Part shown: piece after piece, positions 59,965 through 64,000 of the stretch
How positions within the stretch are numbered: position 1 is the stretch's first letter
Layout: each line of letters opens with the position of its first letter
Source: Scyliorhinus canicula
Taxonomy: Eukaryota
DNA: 64,000 nucleotides
Assembly (NCBI RefSeq): GCF_902713615.1
Contig: NC_052148.1
Location: forward strand, 253,452,690-253,516,689
Direction: 5' to 3'
Notes under the pieces: generated by a model
The model's database searches: none
What the model was told of the DNA's origin: nothing
The model's input: the letters and a program-made list of their open reading frames with translations, nothing else
Made by a program: the position numbers and the translations under genes

Positions 59965-60263
59965 TGGGGTGGCACGGTGGTTTAACACTGCTGCCTCGCA
60001 GCACGAGGGACCCAGGTTCGATTCTGACCTGGGGTCACTGTCTGTGTGGAGCTTGCACGCTCTCCCCGTGTCCGCATGGATTACCTCTCGGTGCTCTGCT
60101 TTCCTCCCACAGTCCAAAGATGTGCAGGTTAGTTGGTTTGGCCATGATAAATTGCCCTTGCTGTCCAATGGTTATGGGGATAGGGTGGGAGTGGGCCTGG
60201 GTGGGGTGCTGTTTTGGACGATCGGTGTAGACTCGATGGACCGAATGGTCTCCTTCTGCACTA
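59965..60263 (+). mobile_element. HE1-type SINE in an LRRC27 intron
   Basis: Conserved head, core and tail. Confidence 0.8.
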
Positions 60264-61792
60264 TAAGAAGTCTTACAACACCAGGTTAAAGTTCAACAGG
60301 TTTGTTTCGAATCACTAGCTTTCAGAGCACTGGTCCTTCTTCAGGACCCGAGGAAGGAGCAGTGCTCCGAAAGCGAGTGATTTGAAACAAACCTGTTGGA
60401 TTTTAACCTAGTGTTGTAAGACTTCTGACTGCGCTCACCCCAGTCCAATGCGGCATCTCCACATCACTCCTTCAGCACTGTTCTATGTTCTAATTCTACT
60501 GTTCTTATTCTATGATTATTGTGATTTCCACACTGTCCTCTCTGAGGAGTCCTTCCCATGCTATTTTAAGCATTATAAGAATTATTTATAGGTGTTTCTG
60601 CTAAAAGTGTGTTGACACTTGGCCATGGTGGATTGCATTGACCTTCAGATCTGAAAGTTATATCCACCCAGGCTCTGGAATTTCAGGATTCAGAGGTTGC
60701 AGACCGCAGTGTAAACCCGGGAAATTGGTGATTCGGGTTCGGCAGGTGGGCAGGCTGGAGTGCCGTAAGGCTGGAACTAACCAGCCAATCGTGGGGGAAA
60801 TAACCATCAGATATTCCATGCTGTTTGGCCCTCCTGGAATAATGGTAAAACATAGTTTGAATCTCACTTCGGACGACTGGGATGTGCTGAGCGGATGCAG
60901 GAAAGGTGGCCCTCCTCCCGGACACTCAAAATTAGGCTTGTTTTAACCCAAAATAGTCCACTAAACCCGGGGGTGAAAAAATCCATCCTCCAACCTCACC
61001 ACAATGGACAAAACATGCCAGGCAACAGCAACCTGAGGAGCTGAAGGGACAGCAGAGGCAGTAAAAGCCAGGAGAGAAAGGCTGAGGTGATGGCGAACAT
61101 ACAGGATTTACTTATGTTACTTTATTAGAATGACCCTGACTTTCACTTATTCGTGTTTTTCAATTAATACCTTCCTCCAAAAAAATAACATTTTTTATAC
61201 TCACGACTGCTTCACTGTGACATTGACTGCGAAGCCAGTGAGAATGGGAATCTGACCTTGGTGTTTTGAACATCAGCAGCACTCCACTTCAGCCCAGACT
61301 TAGCCCAGCCTCACCTAACTCCGTTTTCACTCAACTCCAAAAGCACTCTGCTTTAGCCAAGCAGCACTCATGGTGGCTTATCACCACCACCCCAAGGGCA
61401 ATTAGGGATGGACAATAAATGCTGGCCGAGCCAGTGGCATCCACATCCCATGAACGAATAAATAAAACATTGTGTCACTACTTCCATAATAGGTAGATCA
61501 ATTTATCCCCACCTATATTCCGATGTAGGAAGGATGAGAGAGCTAATTTCCATTGAAGATGAAGAGGTTCACAAAGGGAGTCTAAATCAATATCACCCAA
61601 AATTAAAGTTACTTCCAATTTGTTTATTTATCTCTTTGTATATTTTTGTCTGCATTTATGTTACCTGTTTTGAGAGGATGTTTTTTGTCAAATGCAATAT
61701 AAACAGCAACAGTATGCTAAAGTTTATAAAATGGTAAACCTTTCAACTTGTTTTGACAATTTCTAGTATGTATGGCTTCTGCTTTCCTACAG

Positions 61793-61923
61793 CACCTGTA
61801 CCTGGAGGGTAACCAGCTCCAGGAGCTGCCAGACGAACTGTTTGATCATCTGCCACAGCTGGTGTGGTTGGATTTGAGAAAGAACAGACTGCAGAAGATA
61901 CCTGCGAAAATTGGAAATCACAG
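61793..61923 (+). CDS. LRRC27: LRRC27 second coding exon (HLYLEGNQLQELPDELFDHLPQLVWLDLRKNRLQKIPAKIGNHR)
   Basis: ttcctacAG| acceptor, |GTATGG donor, 131 nt. Two LxxLxLxxN repeats resembling recalled LRRC27 ([24 protein letters not shown]). Divergent from an STK32 gene, as at human 10q26. Confidence 0.88.
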
Positions 61924-62329
61924 GTATGGGTCCCAGGGTCCCAACTCTGATTGATCCAAGATGCTTGTGAGGGGAATATCGGTCCCAACATTCCTGTGCA
62001 TATGTGCAATGGGGGGGAATCCATCCCCCTCCGCACTCCCCTCCCCAGCTGCTGGTCCCACCTCAAATGCCATAAAAGGGGTCACTTGCACGGCTGCAGA
62101 GTGCACACCAGCAGTGCTTGCCCCAAATTACCAGCGCGAATATCCAAGTGGCTCAGAGCTGCCGAGATGACAAGGGTTAACCAAATCAGAGCAAATAACC
62201 TGGCCTTCTTCAGACATTCTGCTGCTATTGGAGCAAATGAGGCTCTTTCCATCATAAATATTTGGGGCTGTTTACTGTCCTCAATAGGACATAGAACACT
62301 ACTTCATGGCTATGAGAGATGGGGACGAA

Positions 62330-62990
62330 AGTGTTGTGATGGTGATGTTACTGGGTTGGTAATCTAGAAAAACCCAGGTTAACGCACAGGCAAAGTGGGT
62401 TCAAATCACACTGCTGGTGAACTTAAATTCAATTAATAATCTTTAAAGGAATTGGAAGTTAGTCTCAGTAATGGTGAACATGAAACTATGATCAAATATT
62501 GTAAAGAAAAATCCATCTGGCTTACAATGGGAAGAACATCTGCCATCCTTTCCTGGTCTGGCCTTGACTCCATGTCCACAGTAATGTGGCTGACTCTGAA
62601 ATGGATAGCACATTGGTTAGCACTGTTGCTTCATAGCTCCAGGGTCCCAGGTTCGATTCCCGGCTTGGGTCACTGTCTGTGCGGAGCCTCGTGTCTGCGT
62701 GGGTTTTCTCCGGGTGCTCCGGTTTCCTCCCACAAGTCCCAAATGACATGCTGTTAGGTAATTTGGACATTCTGAATTCTCCCTCTGTGCACCCGAACAG
62801 GCGCCGGAGTGTGGCGATGAGGGCTTTTCACGGTAACTTCATTGCAGTGTTAGTGTGAGCCTACTTGTGACAATAAAGATAATTATTGTTATTATAAGAA
62901 ATGGTCTCGTTGGACACTGAGTAAAGGGGCAATTAGGACTGGGTAACAAATGCTGGTCCTGCCAGCGATGCTAACGTTCCATCAAATATT
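62330..62990 (+). mobile_element. Deu-SINE/SacSINE-like element with a V-SINE (62607-62893) nested inside
   Basis: Head and tail as at 31050-31410; the nested element has the (TTA)n tail. Confidence 0.6.
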
Positions 62991-63557
62991 TAATAAAAGG
63001 TCATTGAGGCCCATGAATGATTTAAAGGATGCAGTTTCCTGGAAAAGCTAGGATTTTCCTCTGGAACATTGCCCTAACATGAATGGGGAGGGGGTTTGTG
63101 GTTGGCAAGGGTGAGGGCTGGGAGGAATAAGATGCATACTCACTTTTCCCCCACAGAATTTATATTGTCAGTCTAAATGGGACAGGTTTGCTGCATAACC
63201 CGATAATGCCCAAAATCCATGACCTCGCCCAGGATGAAATAAAATAATTGGTTTAAGTTATTTCCAGTAACAAATGGATGTAGTTTCTCTGGAGTGATTG
63301 GCAATGTTCATTCACAATTTAACATTTCCAGTTTTAAGAACAATCTTGTGTCTGTGCTATTGAATTGTACAAAGGGACATTTCTTTGGTATATTTCCAGT
63401 TTGATTTCTATGCTGCTTGCACGTTTCCATTGTGCCAGCTCTTGAAAGAGTCAATTGGTCCAATTCCCTGCTCTTTCCATGTAGCCCGGCAAATCTTTCT
63501 ATTTCAAGTAAATATCCAATTCCTTTTTGAAAGTTAGTGGAGCTAAGTTGGCTAGAT

Positions 63558-64000
63558 CAGGATTTTTCTAACTCAGGGTTGAGACCCATAGGTGGGTCTC
63601 GGGTGGGTCGCAAAGCAATCAGTCGCGGCGTTCCCGATCGTGGGAAGAAGTGCCCAACGGCCGCGACCGGCTTTTACGAATGCCAGCTACAAGCAGTCCC
63701 CGATTGGCTGTGGCATTCGGACGGGGGCGGCGCAAGGCTGGGCTGTGTGCTGGTCATCGTGCGCGGGGCGAGGGGGAAGGGGCTGATGGGCGGCCAGGTG
63801 GGCGGGTGGTGGCCCCAGCTTGGAGCTCCACTCTCGTGCTCACCTTCTGCATGCTGCTTGGCTCACTCCTGATCGGCAGTCTGTGACCTGTGGTTCCATG
63901 GTCAAGCTACTCAATGGCCGGCACAACGTCCGCTTGCACTCCCACGACGTGAAGTTCAGGTCGGAAAGTGGTCAGCAGTCTGTGACTGGTTTGGATGCAT
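63558..64000 (+). mobile_element. Left end of a hAT-like element
   Basis: CAG-initiated terminus with GACCC..GGTGGGTC subterminal motifs, as at 27868. Confidence 0.45.

Overview
Vertebrate genomic DNA, almost certainly from a shark or other cartilaginous fish (inferred from HE1/V-SINE-type SINEs and CR1 LINEs). Most of the window is transposable elements and satellites. Three host genes can be read once splicing is allowed; none is intact in the ORF track. (1) The first coding exon of an STK32/YANK kinase on the minus strand (1131-1182). (2) A complete, compact four-exon gene for a secreted CYTL1-like cytokine on the plus strand (40886-41646, 139 aa, with TATA box and polyA signal). (3) The first two coding exons of LRRC27 on the plus strand (59362-59538, 61793-61923). 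In human, STK32B sits next to CYTL1 (4p16) and STK32C next to LRRC27 (10q26). A divergent CYTL1-like gene between an STK32 gene and LRRC27 is therefore best explained as a second CYTL1 ohnolog at the STK32C locus that mammals lack. This is inference and needs a phylogeny and wider synteny. Repeats include nested L1-clade LINEs with clean TSDs, two CR1 LINEs (one with an intact 914-aa ORF2), a two-LTR Gypsy element with a fold-back sequence in place of a tRNA primer site, solo LTRs, hAT and PIF/Harbinger relics, Penelope-like fragments, and two AT-rich satellites (about 40-bp and 27-bp units). All homology calls are from recalled sequences; no searches were run. Repeat boundaries without TSDs are approximate.
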